Assembly (NCBI GenBank): GCA_964565825.1 | Contig: CAZMGK010000001.1 | Span: 2,052-66,051 of the forward strand | Reading direction: 5' to 3' | Source: an uncultured Candidatus Saccharibacteria bacterium | GTDB taxonomy: Bacteria; Patescibacteriota; Minisyncoccia; Phycocordibacterales; UBA9973 | Length of the DNA stretch: 64,000 nt | Position numbers and translations under genes: made by a program | The notes under the pieces: model-generated | Databases searched by the model: none | The model's input: only the letters and a program-made list of their open reading frames with translations | Told to the model about the DNA's origin: nothing | In this document: positions 40,583 to 49,660 of the stretch, piece by piece | Numbering within the stretch: the stretch's first letter is position 1 | How the letters are laid out: every line of letters begins with the position of its first letter

Positions 40583-41413
40583 TTAAAAATCAAAATATAA
40601 TACCGATTTTACAGTCGCCGTGTATTCTGGAGTACATCCTTGGAAACACACGCTAGACTCAACTTCAACTGCATACCGATACGGCACATCCGTCACATCC
40701 GTGAATGATAGAAATCGAAAATATTCTGATGGTGCTGTTGTTCCTGAATAGAGCGAAGCGTCAAACGCAATCAAACCGTTCTCATTATACAACATTGGGT
40801 CCGTAGCATACGCAGCATATCCGATGGTTCCAGAACCAGAAAAAGGGTTGAAATAATAATCGCACTGATTCCCTGATCCGCACGCTGTATCAATAAGAGC
40901 CAGAAAATCACTTGCACTATCACCGTCGGCGACTGCTTCTTTTTGAACAAATTTTACAAACTCAACTCCCTCTTCGGCGAGATACTGGGCTGTTAACTTT
41001 CTTTTAGTCAGATGAATATCTTGCATAGAGCTCGTACTGACCTGTGACAAGGCGGTAAACGCAATCAAGAAAATAAACAATGCAACGAGTGTTTCGATGA
41101 GGGTAAACCCCGACACCAATTTCAGGTGATTGTTCGCACAAGTAGGTGTATATTTATTCTGAGAAAAATTAAGAAAACCAAAAACGTGTTTCTTACTAAT
41201 TGGTGTGGGGGTAAACCCCGACACCAATTTCAGGTGATTGTTCGCACAAGTAGGTGTATATTTATTCTGAGAAAAATTAAGAAAACCAAAAACGTGTTTC
41301 TTACTAATTGGTGTGGGGGTAAACCCGCCTACAAATCTCACTTTATTTTTAGTTTCCACGTGCATGTTACTTTTTTGTATATTTTTTTGTAGAAAACGAA
41401 TAAATGTATTCAT
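40583..41413 (-). CDS. Type IV pilin whose 5' end carries tandem 108-bp (36-aa) modules, each recreating the prepilin cleavage site (…LKLVSG|FTPTPISKKHVFGFLNFSQNKYTPTCANNH…) before the authentic VSG|FTLIETLVALF.
   Basis: Prepilin motif SGFTLIETLVALFIFLIAF. The upstream in-frame repeats come from the DNA repeats at 41096-41330. The true translation start is uncertain. Confidence 0.75.
   Translation of the reverse strand: MNTFIRFLQKNIQKSNMHVETKNKVRFVGGFTPTPISKKHVFGFLNFSQNKYTPTCANNHLKLVSGFTPTPISKKHVFGFLNFSQNKYTPTCANNHLKLVSGFTLIETLVALFIFLIAFTALSQVSTSSMQDIHLTKRKLTAQYLAEEGVEFVKFVQKEAVADGDSASDFLALIDTACGSGNQCDYYFNPFSGSGTIGYAAYATDPMLYNENGLIAFDASLYSGTTAPSEYFRFLSFTDVTDVPYRYAVEVESSVCFQGCTPEYTATVKSVLYFDF
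41096..41330 (-). repeat. 2.1 tandem copies of a 108-bp unit, each beginning with the palindrome GGTGTGGGGG-taaa-CCCCGACACC.
   Basis: GGGTAAACCCCGACACCAAT occurs at 41101 and 41209, with a partial copy at 41317. The units are identical. Confidence 0.85.
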
Positions 41414-41414
41414 A

Positions 41415-42125
41415 TTAATCTTTTGGGGTTCTTTGCATTACTGCTGTTTGAATACTAAAAGGTATTGTGGTGTCCTCAAATGCAATAGTCCCAGCAAGGC
41501 GTATGGTGACCAAGGGTGGTTCTCGATCGGCTGACTCTGCATAGATAACAGAAAATCCTGAATTTGCTGGAATAATTGTTATGGGGCTTGGAGTTAAGCG
41601 ATTGTAATTAGCAACACTTAGAGTTGTAATATCAGGTCCAAGTGTTTTAAAGACTGACCATACACTTGTATCTGGATCTTCTGCAATCACATAGCCAACT
41701 TGGTCATCCGTGACCCCATCTTGACCCGCAACCCCCTCGAATGCCAGAGAAAGACTTGCCTGCACATCTGTCCCCGTAGTACCATCAACACAAGACTTTG
41801 GCTCTTCGATGATTGAGTTTGAATAATCACCACCTACATCACATCTAATATGTCTTCCGACACGGATATTCCTAACCATATCTTCCATAATAGCACTGAG
41901 TGTATCAAACTGTTCTTTTTGAAATTGAGTTATTTTGTATGCTCGATGCATCATCAACAGAGATGATATACCCAAAGATACAATGATCAAAAAAATAGAA
42001 CTTGAAACAAGGAGTTCTATTAAGGTAAACCCTTTTTGAGATTGTCTTTTTTTGTAATAAGAATATGGTGTCATCATGTGAAGTATGTATATAGTATAGG
42101 GTACTTTTTCTCTTTTTACTAACAA
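41415..42125 (-). CDS. Type IV pilin/pseudopilin
   Basis: KG|FTLIELLVSSSIFLIIV prepilin motif. Confidence 0.75.
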   Translation of the reverse strand: MLVKREKVPYTIYILHMMTPYSYYKKRQSQKGFTLIELLVSSSIFLIIVSLGISSLLMMHRAYKITQFQKEQFDTLSAIMEDMVRNIRVGRHIRCDVGGDYSNSIIEEPKSCVDGTTGTDVQASLSLAFEGVAGQDGVTDDQVGYVIAEDPDTSVWSVFKTLGPDITTLSVANYNRLTPSPITIIPANSGFSVIYAESADREPPLVTIRLAGTIAFEDTTIPFSIQTAVMQRTPKD

Positions 42126-42131
42126 AAGAGC

Positions 42132-42866
42132 CTACTGAGATTTCTTGATACTTAAAATACCGACCGGATTGATATTGATAGTATTTTTACCGGGTGAACC
42201 TGGTAAAATAAAAACAAGATCTACGTTACTGGTGACAGGTAAAATAGTATTTGGATTAATAGCATTTACAGACCATTCTGGATCATAGTCTTGGCGCATG
42301 CGTGCGTCCGGGTATGGACGCTTGAAAACAGTAGAGAAAGTTTCTAGATCAGCAGTGTTACATGAATCGTTCGATGGCTCATATCCTCCTTCACATATTT
42401 TATGGAGACGAATATCCTCAAAAAACATTTCTTGCATACATTCGTAGTAGTATGAATTACCACAATCAAGAACTATCCCCCCGGGGTTAATAGCAATCAG
42501 GTCATCATTAAAATTATCATAAAAAATACTCATTTTCTCAGGTGTATTTACATCGAAATATATTCCGTAGGCGGGTTTCCATGCTGGAAGTGGGTATTCT
42601 TTTAACCCTGGATCAATATCGGGTAATTTTCCCGCCAACGCATTGTGCTGTTGTTCTTTGATAAGAAGTGCGACCTCCTGGACTGCAACAGTAAAATCAG
42701 TATTGTTTTTAAATGCGTCAAAGTTAAAAAGCACAATACCAGCCATCATACTAAAAATAGATATCACCACAATCATTTCCATTACCGTAAAACCAGCTTG
42801 CTGTGTAGGTGCAATCACAACATGTTCTCGTGACTTTGACCTATTTTTTTTAAAAAATGCAAACAT
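42132..42866 (-). CDS. Type IV pilin-like protein (minor pilin/pseudopilin)
   Basis: AG|FTVMEMIVVISIF N-terminal methylation-type segment. Confidence 0.65.
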   Translation of the reverse strand: MFAFFKKNRSKSREHVVIAPTQQAGFTVMEMIVVISIFSMMAGIVLFNFDAFKNNTDFTVAVQEVALLIKEQQHNALAGKLPDIDPGLKEYPLPAWKPAYGIYFDVNTPEKMSIFYDNFNDDLIAINPGGIVLDCGNSYYYECMQEMFFEDIRLHKICEGGYEPSNDSCNTADLETFSTVFKRPYPDARMRQDYDPEWSVNAINPNTILPVTSNVDLVFILPGSPGKNTININPVGILSIKKSQ

Positions 42867-42869
42867 ATA

Positions 42870-43679
42870 TTAAAAATGAGTTGTTAGTATTTGAGTAATA
42901 GTGATGGAGAACAGAAATACAAAAAATATCGCGGTACACATGAACGGTCCAAATGGAACATGGCTTTTAAGCGTCGTCTTTTTGCGCAACAGTAACATAC
43001 CAATACCCCAAAGACCACCGATCCAAAAAGACACGAGAACTGCTGCGAAACCACCCGTGATACCAAGCAACCACCCCATTCCAAGAGCAAGCTTTACATC
43101 ACCAAAACCCATCGCTTTTCCACCGGTGACCCACCACAAGAAAAAGAAAGGCAGTGCAATAAGTGGTCCAGCAAGTACTGACCACAAAGATGGGAGGTGG
43201 ATAGCATAGCTCATACCCGTAAATATGAAAAGAGAAAGAAAAGCCAAAATATTAAACAGCCAAACAAATGTGTCTGGAATAATATTGTGATGATAATCGT
43301 ACACAGAAATAACAATCAAGATACAAAAAATGTAGGTAAAAAATATAAGCGGGAAAAAAGACATCCAACTAAAAGAGTACATAAGGGTGGTATCTGGGAG
43401 AAATTTAATAAAGAGAGAAACAAATACAAAACCAGTGATTGCTTCAACAAGTGGATACTGCCACGAAATTTTTGAAGCACAGCCTTTGCACTTACCCCTC
43501 TGACTCAAGAAGCTCGCAATCGGTACGAGCTCGTGCCAAGAAAGTGTCCGACGGCAGGTAAAACAAAAAGAACGTCCGCCAAGACCACGCCCTGTATTGA
43601 ATCTATAAATGACCACATTCAAAAATGAACCGATGACTGTCCCGAGTAAAAAAACAAAAATTCCGTAGATTTCAAACAT
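42870..43679 (-). CDS. pilD: Prepilin peptidase (A24 family, PilD/TadV-like)
   Basis: Polytopic membrane protein with an N-terminal CxxC...CxxC zinc motif (CFTCRRTLS...CKGCASKIS) and conserved A24 blocks. Confidence 0.85.
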   Translation of the reverse strand: MFEIYGIFVFLLGTVIGSFLNVVIYRFNTGRGLGGRSFCFTCRRTLSWHELVPIASFLSQRGKCKGCASKISWQYPLVEAITGFVFVSLFIKFLPDTTLMYSFSWMSFFPLIFFTYIFCILIVISVYDYHHNIIPDTFVWLFNILAFLSLFIFTGMSYAIHLPSLWSVLAGPLIALPFFFLWWVTGGKAMGFGDVKLALGMGWLLGITGGFAAVLVSFWIGGLWGIGMLLLRKKTTLKSHVPFGPFMCTAIFFVFLFSITITQILTTHF

Positions 43680-43751
43680 GCTTTTAGTATACCTAGAAAT
43701 AGGTAAAGGGTAAAGGATTTGACTGTGTATACAAACACAGACACACTCTTT

Positions 43752-44432
43752 TTAAGGATTACATTCTGTTTCTTGTTGTTGCAGATGATACGTTGTGCTT
43801 TGCCCAGAAAAACCAGTCGAATCGATACAAAAAGCAATATTAAAGTCTGTTTTTAATGGAGAAGAAACACCCCAGAGCGTTCCCGTAGGATGATTGTCAT
43901 GGCACACGGATAAAAGTCGATACCCAGCTGTTTCATAATCTGTTGAATACCATGGAAATGGATTATTGGAAAGTCTCGCTGCTTCTGCCAAAAAAGCTTC
44001 AACTTCAACACTATCGCACATATAGCTGTAGCTATTATTTTCTTGGTAATAAATATATGATTGTTTTTTAATTCCATCAAGAGCGGCTTTGATGGCTGCG
44101 TCACGTGCCCTATCTCGAGCATTCGTTAAACGAGGAATAATAATACCTGCAAGAATACCAATAATTGCAATCACAATGAGGAGCTCGATGAGGGTAAACC
44201 CCGACACCAATCGCAACAGACGCTGACGCCCTTTTTTGGTATGATGAGTCATCAGACGAGTAAGAAAACCGAATGGGTTATTTTTTAGGATTGGTGTGGG
44301 GGTAAACCCCGACATCAATCGCAACAGACGCTGACGCCCTTTTTTGGTATGATGAGTCATCAGACGAGTAAGAAAACCGAATGGGTTATTTTTTAGGATT
44401 GGTGTGGGGGTAAACCCCGACACCAATTTCAT
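43752..44432 (-). CDS. Type IV pilin with tandem 36-aa N-terminal modules (MKLVSG|FTPTPILKNNPFGFLTRLMTHHTKKGRQRLLRL x2) before the authentic VSG|FTLIELLIVIAIIG. The ORF track extends it to 44639; the ATG at 44432 (MKLVSG) is the more likely start.
   Basis: Prepilin motif SGFTLIELLIVIAIIGILAG. The modules are homologous to those of 40583..41413 and have the same 108-bp period. Confidence 0.75.
   Translation of the reverse strand: MKLVSGFTPTPILKNNPFGFLTRLMTHHTKKGRQRLLRLMSGFTPTPILKNNPFGFLTRLMTHHTKKGRQRLLRLVSGFTLIELLIVIAIIGILAGIIIPRLTNARDRARDAAIKAALDGIKKQSYIYYQENNSYSYMCDSVEVEAFLAEAARLSNNPFPWYSTDYETAGYRLLSVCHDNHPTGTLWGVSSPLKTDFNIAFCIDSTGFSGQSTTYHLQQQETECNP
44187..44432 (-). repeat. Three copies, at a 108-bp period, of GGGTAAACCCCGACACCAAT... 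carrying the GGTGTGGGGG-taaa-CCCCGACACC palindrome.
   Basis: Copies begin at 44192, 44300 and 44408. Units are near-identical (one has ACATC for ACACC). Confidence 0.85.
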
Positions 44433-44576
44433 ATACTTTTTTTTAAGGAGAGCACTTTTTTGTTTCAAAAAATGTTTTTTTGTACTAAAAACTTTTTGTT
44501 TTTTCTTTTTTAATCTTTTAACAATACTTCTATCTTTGTTAAAAATTTTGGTGTTTGAATTTGTATGTGGGGTTTT

Positions 44577-44611
44577 TGTTGGGGGAGGCCTACGGCCTCC
44601 GCCAACAAACA
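44577..44611. promoter_or_regulatory. Imperfect 16-nt-arm palindrome TTTGTTGGGGGAGGCC-tac-GGCCTCCGCCAACAAA in the divergent pilin/RNase II-R region; candidate operator.
   Basis: Single C/G mismatch in the G/C run, the same kind of mismatch as in the GGTGTGGGGG/CCCCGACACC palindrome. Confidence 0.35.
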
Positions 44612-44722
44612 CCCCCAAAAACACTACCGAAAAACACATACCAAGAGCACCCTCTTTATGCTACACTATAGTCGTGATTAAACCTCAAAAAACAGAAGCC
44701 GAAATACTCGAACGTCGAGAAT

Positions 44723-46224
44723 ACAAAAAAGAAATGCGCATGATTGCCAGAAATCCTGACCTAATTACCTTCCCTGCACATATCAAAGAAGAGCTCGCGA
44801 ATATTCCTGAAACAATTACAGGTGCTGAAATAAAAAATCGCCGTGATTTTCGACATATTGCAACATGTACTATTGACCCAGATGACGCAAAAGATTTTGA
44901 CGATGCGATTTCGTTTCTTGTGCTTCCAGATGGAACAAAAGAAATTGGTATCCACATCGCGGATGTTGGACACTACGTACAGGAAAAAACAAAACTTGAT
45001 AAAGAAGCTTACAAACGTGGGACGTCTATCTACCTCACCAACACGGTTGTGCCGATGTTGCCAGAAAAAATATCAAACGACGTTTGTAGTCTCAAGGAAA
45101 AAGTCGACAGACTTACGTTCTCTGTCGTGGTTATATTCGACAAGAAAGATACCATCATCCACACATGGTGCGGAAAAGGTATTATTCATTCAAATAAACG
45201 ATTCACTTATAGCGGGGCACAAAAGGTAATAGACGACAAAGCTGGAATCTATGCCGAGGAACTTTTAGAACTCAAACGTATTTCAGGTACTCTTATGAAA
45301 AAACGTGAACGAGACGGAGCGCTCTTCCTCGAAGACACAGAAATTCGATTTACCTATGACCAGGACGGCAACCCAATTGGGGTACAACAAAAAGTCCGCC
45401 TCGATACGATGAAACTCGTCGAAGAATTTATGCTTTTAGCAAACAGGACAGTTGCAGAACAATTTACCAAAGATGAGCCATTTGTCTATCGTATCCACGA
45501 CAACCCTGACCGAGAAAAACTCAATGCACTCCATGACCACGGACGAGAATACGGTATCGAGATTCCAAAAAAACTCGACAACCATACACTCAATCACTTG
45601 ATACAGAGTATAGAGAATGAAGACTTGCGTTCACATTTCTCAAAAATAATTATGCGCAGTATGGCGAAAGCAGTCTATTCAAGTAACAACATCGGACACT
45701 ATGGATTGGCGTTCGATCAGTATACACATTTCACTTCCCCTATCAGACGGTATCCAGACCTCATTGCACACAGACTGCTTTTAGATAAACTCCAACATAA
45801 ACAAAAACCTATTGATGTACGTGAATTTGAAAAAAAGCTCATCTACCTGTCGACCTGTGAAAGAAAAGCTCAAGACATCGAACGTGCAAGCACCAAAGAC
45901 ATGCAGATAAAATACATGGGAAATTTTCTAGGTATGGAACGTACTGGTGTTGTCACCGGCCTCACTGAAATCGGTATATACGTTTCTGACAAAGAATCAC
46001 TCTCGGAAGGTTTCATCCACCAAAGAACTCTCGGCCGAGACTGGAAATGGAATGACAAACAACTCTTCTGGAAAAACGAAAAAATTGGTAAAATAAAAAT
46101 GGGAGATCATATTACATTCAAAGTTGAGAAAGTAAATTTTGACAAAGGTTTTATCGATTATAGTTTATGCAATCCCGTTAGAGATACACAAACTACTATC
46201 TCAATGAGACACAGTAAAAAATAG
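44723..46224 (+). CDS. rnr: RNase II/R-family 3'-5' exoribonuclease (RNB domain + C-terminal S1). The ORF track starts it at 44404, but the first 100 codons overlap pilin repeat DNA; the likely start is the ATG at 44723 or the GTG at 44673.
   Basis: RNB motifs (IDPDDAKDFDDAISF, HFTSPIRRYPDLIAHR) plus an S1-like C-terminus. Confidence 0.8.
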
Positions 46225-46253
46225 ACAAAAATGTATGAAATATTATCAAGACA

Positions 46254-46296
46254 TTAATAATAAAACGGAAATCTTTGATTTCCTGTCGTAAGCGGG
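46254..46296 (+). promoter_or_regulatory. Third, diverged copy of the conserved leader module (…ACGGAAATC-tttg-GATTTCC-TGTCGTAAGCGGG-ATG).
   Basis: The 19-nt CGGAAATCTTTGATTTCCT is identical to the gatC copy, and the ATG spacing is the same. Confidence 0.55.
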
Positions 46297-48657
46297 ATGC
46301 AAGAAAAATTAGAACTTTTTAAAATACATTGGAATGATTTTCGTGCTTTTTTAGCAGAACATCGCAGAAGCATGATACTATGGATATTTGCATGTGTCTG
46401 TCTTTTTGTCATTGCTCCCTTCGTCTATTCATATATTTCTTTTAATCAAAAATTTGGTGATAGAAACACATCGCAATCAGAGCACATAGAAACACCGACT
46501 CATACACTCGAACAGATTCAAGAAATTATCGAACCAGAACGTATTGTATTTGAAAAAATTGCAGAAGAGTCTTTTCTTCCTCCACAAAAAGGAAAAATGA
46601 TTCGTGTCAATTTGTACACCATGACACTCAAGCAATACGAAAATGGGACGCTTGTTGGTTCAAAAAAGATACTCAGTAAAGCAGTTAAAGGAAGCCTCTG
46701 GGAAATCCCGAGTGGAAGTTATCCTATTTCTAACTCTAACGAAGACTACTACTCGACAAATGTTGGAGCGTGGATGCCGTATGCTATTAACTTATTCGGA
46801 AATTATTTTATTCACGGAGAGCCACACGACGCCAAAGGACGAACACTTCCCCTCTCTTTCAAAAATGGAGGTATCAGACTCAACACAACAGATGCACGAG
46901 CGTTGTTTGATTGGACAGACCCAGATACGCGTATCTCGGTCTATAGTGACAGCACCCTTGTACCTGCTCCTATTTCAGCAGAATCAGTCTATGTATCTGC
47001 CGATGGAACCATTAAACCTAAAGTCAGTGCAGAAGCATACATTGTTGCGGACATAGATACAGGTGAAATTATTCTCCAAAAAGACAAAGACGTACCGTAC
47101 GCTATTGCATCTACGACAAAACTCATGACTGCTGTGGTATCAGTAGAAAATCAAAATCAATTTGATTATGCAACAGTATCAAAAAAGGCAATCGACACGT
47201 ATGGTTTCTCTGGATATGTGCCAGGAGAAAAAATAGAACTTTCAAATTTACTCAATCCGCTTCTACTTCCCTCTTCAAATGACGCAGCAGAAATTATTGC
47301 CGAGCATTTTAACCGGACCCAGTTTCTTGCAAAAATGAATGGAAAAGCAACAGAGCTTGGTATGGATAACACAACGTTTGAAGATGCAAGCGGACTTTCA
47401 GCGAATAATAAAGCATCAGCCCACGATCTCTTCAGACTCGCGCAATATATTACTCATGAAAAACCATTTATTTGGGATATTACAAAAAGACGTGTGTACA
47501 GTGCTCAAGGTCACACTGCAAAAAATATCAGTCAATTTTTAAATGATAAAAATCTCATTGGATCAAAACCTGGCTTTACGTATGAAGCAAAACAATCAAA
47601 CGTCGGAGTCTGGGAATTACAACTCTCTGAGATCACCAAACGAAAAATTGCAATCATCATCCTGCGGTCAAATGACCGGTATCGTGACACACAAAATATA
47701 CTCTCCTATCTTAAAAAACAAGTTATCTACGGCCGTGATGGAAGGTTTGTTATTTCTGGGCCAAAAAACAAAGACAAAGAACTGAGTATGCGTTTTACCG
47801 GTGACATTATGCTTGATCGCGGTGTGCGATATTCTGTCAATAAAAATTTTAATGGTGACTACACAAAACTTTTCACCAATCTTGATTCGTACAAAGATGC
47901 TGATATTTTCTTTGCTAATTTAGAAGGACCAGTGTCTGATAAAGGAAAGGATTCAAAAAACATGTACTCATTTCGTATGGAACCACGCATACTGCCAATG
48001 CTTCAAGATGTAGGTCTCGATATTGTCTCATTTGCAAATAACCATGTTGGAGACTGGGGCCTCGAAGCATTTTCTGATTCACTCTCTCAATTAGAACAAG
48101 CAAACATTGCGTATACGGGGGCTGGGATGAAGTTTGAAGATGCGCGTGAACCAACAATTATTGAACGTAAAAATATGAAGATCGGATTTCTTGGTTTTTC
48201 AGATGTTGGGCCGTCATGGTTACACAACACAGAAACAGAAGGCTACGGTATCAACAAACTAGACACAGACACCTTTAATGAACTTGTCTCCAGCGCAACA
48301 AAAAAAGTCGACGTTCTTATCGTGTCAGTCCATTGGGGTGCAGAATATTCCACCACTACTGAAAGGCAACGAGAATTTGCACATCGAGCAATAGATAGTG
48401 GTGCAAAAATTGTCGTCGGTCACCATCCTCATGTCGTCCAACCACTAGAAGTCTACAAAGGAGGTCTTATCGCGTATAGCCTAGGGAATTTTATTTTCGA
48501 TCAAGGATTCTCAAAAGATGTCATGCGTGGGCTGACCCTTGAAGTTCTGATTGATACAGATGAAAAGTACATTAAACAATACAACACCTATATCACAGAA
48601 CAGAACGCGTACTTTGTCCCAGGTGCCCCTTTTAAAGAAAGAGTACTCGAGGAATAA
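46297..48657 (+). CDS. Tri-domain cell-envelope fusion protein: a YkuD (L,D-transpeptidase)-like domain whose catalytic Cys appears replaced (…KNGGIRL…), a serine-type D-Ala-D-Ala carboxypeptidase (S11/DacA-like, SxxK = ASTTKLMT), and a CapA/PgsA-like metallophosphatase domain.
   Basis: N-terminal TM. HG...NGGIRL in place of the usual SHGC(I/V)R. AYIVADIDTGEIILQKDKDVPYAIASTTKLMT. CapA motifs DIFFANLEGP, FANNHVGDWG, VHWGAEY, VVGHHPHVVQP. Confidence 0.8.
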   Translation: MQEKLELFKIHWNDFRAFLAEHRRSMILWIFACVCLFVIAPFVYSYISFNQKFGDRNTSQSEHIETPTHTLEQIQEIIEPERIVFEKIAEESFLPPQKGKMIRVNLYTMTLKQYENGTLVGSKKILSKAVKGSLWEIPSGSYPISNSNEDYYSTNVGAWMPYAINLFGNYFIHGEPHDAKGRTLPLSFKNGGIRLNTTDARALFDWTDPDTRISVYSDSTLVPAPISAESVYVSADGTIKPKVSAEAYIVADIDTGEIILQKDKDVPYAIASTTKLMTAVVSVENQNQFDYATVSKKAIDTYGFSGYVPGEKIELSNLLNPLLLPSSNDAAEIIAEHFNRTQFLAKMNGKATELGMDNTTFEDASGLSANNKASAHDLFRLAQYITHEKPFIWDITKRRVYSAQGHTAKNISQFLNDKNLIGSKPGFTYEAKQSNVGVWELQLSEITKRKIAIIILRSNDRYRDTQNILSYLKKQVIYGRDGRFVISGPKNKDKELSMRFTGDIMLDRGVRYSVNKNFNGDYTKLFTNLDSYKDADIFFANLEGPVSDKGKDSKNMYSFRMEPRILPMLQDVGLDIVSFANNHVGDWGLEAFSDSLSQLEQANIAYTGAGMKFEDAREPTIIERKNMKIGFLGFSDVGPSWLHNTETEGYGINKLDTDTFNELVSSATKKVDVLIVSVHWGAEYSTTTERQREFAHRAIDSGAKIVVGHHPHVVQPLEVYKGGLIAYSLGNFIFDQGFSKDVMRGLTLEVLIDTDEKYIKQYNTYITEQNAYFVPGAPFKERVLEE

Positions 48658-48756
48658 GACCTAGTATAGTATGGTCTCGCTGTACATTCTGAAACCCTGG
48701 ACAACACGATACGAGCGTGGGTAAGAGGCGTGATGCAAGTTACAGAAAACAGAAAA

Positions 48757-48795
48757 AGAGCGGAACAACTACGTTGTTCCGCTCTTTTGATTTGT
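48757..48795 (+). terminator. Terminator AGAGCGGAACAA-ctac-GTTGTTCCGCTCT + TTTGATTTG.
   Basis: 13-bp stem plus T-rich tail after the 46297 gene. Confidence 0.7.
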
Positions 48796-49008
48796 TTTTA
48801 TAGTAAAATTATCTGTTGCACCCTTATATCTAGCCTTGTCGAGCGTTTCTTTTTGGGTTCTTTTTATTGATACGAAATAGCTTTCCGCGTCTTTTGACCA
48901 TAAATTCCCCTTTTTGGAGGTCTACTCGTTTTAATGATGTCTTTATCTTCATACACTATATATACCATATCTCGTATTTTTTTTCAATACCCATTGAGGT
49001 ACGTACTT

Positions 49009-49506
49009 TTACCAGAAAATGCGAGCACCTTTATAGACTACGGTACCACTAGCGATCTGCATAAGTTCTAAACGAATACTCCCCTCACCTACGGTGAGAT
49101 GGAGCGCATATCGTATCGGTGTAGTACTCACACTCTTTTGATTTGTGTAGACAAATACATCATGATGTGTGGATATATCATCTACCGTAGCAAGAAACTG
49201 TGTCAAAAAAACAACGGCCTTACTAGCTGTAACTTTAAAGGGAGTTACTCCGTCTTCATCACTCATAGAGTGCTCAATAAAATCTCGAACGATATCAACG
49301 TGTTTTTGAACTTTCGTGACTTCCATAAGAAGTTTTGGCATATATACGGCATGAGATTCTTGACTCTCTCTATCTAGGAGATTTTCAATGGAGGTCGTCG
49401 TAATATCTAGTTTTTTCAAATTTGGTGCACACAATGCAACTTTTTCAAACTTGCGTAACAAAATATGTGTAACAGGTACTTTTTTTTTAAAGAAATACTG
49501 GGCCAT
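49009..49506 (-). CDS. Hypothetical protein
   Basis: 165-aa ORF; no recognisable motifs. Confidence 0.45.
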   Translation of the reverse strand: MAQYFFKKKVPVTHILLRKFEKVALCAPNLKKLDITTTSIENLLDRESQESHAVYMPKLLMEVTKVQKHVDIVRDFIEHSMSDEDGVTPFKVTASKAVVFLTQFLATVDDISTHHDVFVYTNQKSVSTTPIRYALHLTVGEGSIRLELMQIASGTVVYKGARIFW

Positions 49507-49584
49507 AGGTATATAATTTTATTTTTTATACTATACCACAAGAAATAAAATAATGCTAGGCCTGTTTCGATACGTACAGAGCCG

Positions 49585-49640
49585 TACAAAAAAGCGTAAA
49601 CACCACACAGTATCTGTGTGGTGTTTACGCTTTTTTGTAC
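49585..49640. terminator. Long perfect inverted repeat (about 26-nt arms, GTACAAAAAAGCGTAAACACCACACAG-tatc-CTGTGTGGTGTTTACGCTTTTTTGTAC) downstream of smc.
   Basis: Read directly; A6/T6 runs within the arms give terminator potential on either strand. Confidence 0.55.
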
Positions 49641-49660
49641 GCTATTTTTTATTTGTTTTT

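Noticed and set aside
44404-44722. The N-terminal 100 codons of the 606-aa RNase II/R-family ORF.
   Set aside because: That region reads through pilin-module and palindrome DNA (MGVNPDTNFIYFF...), which is not RNase II/R-like. The conserved RNase II/R sequence begins near 44723.
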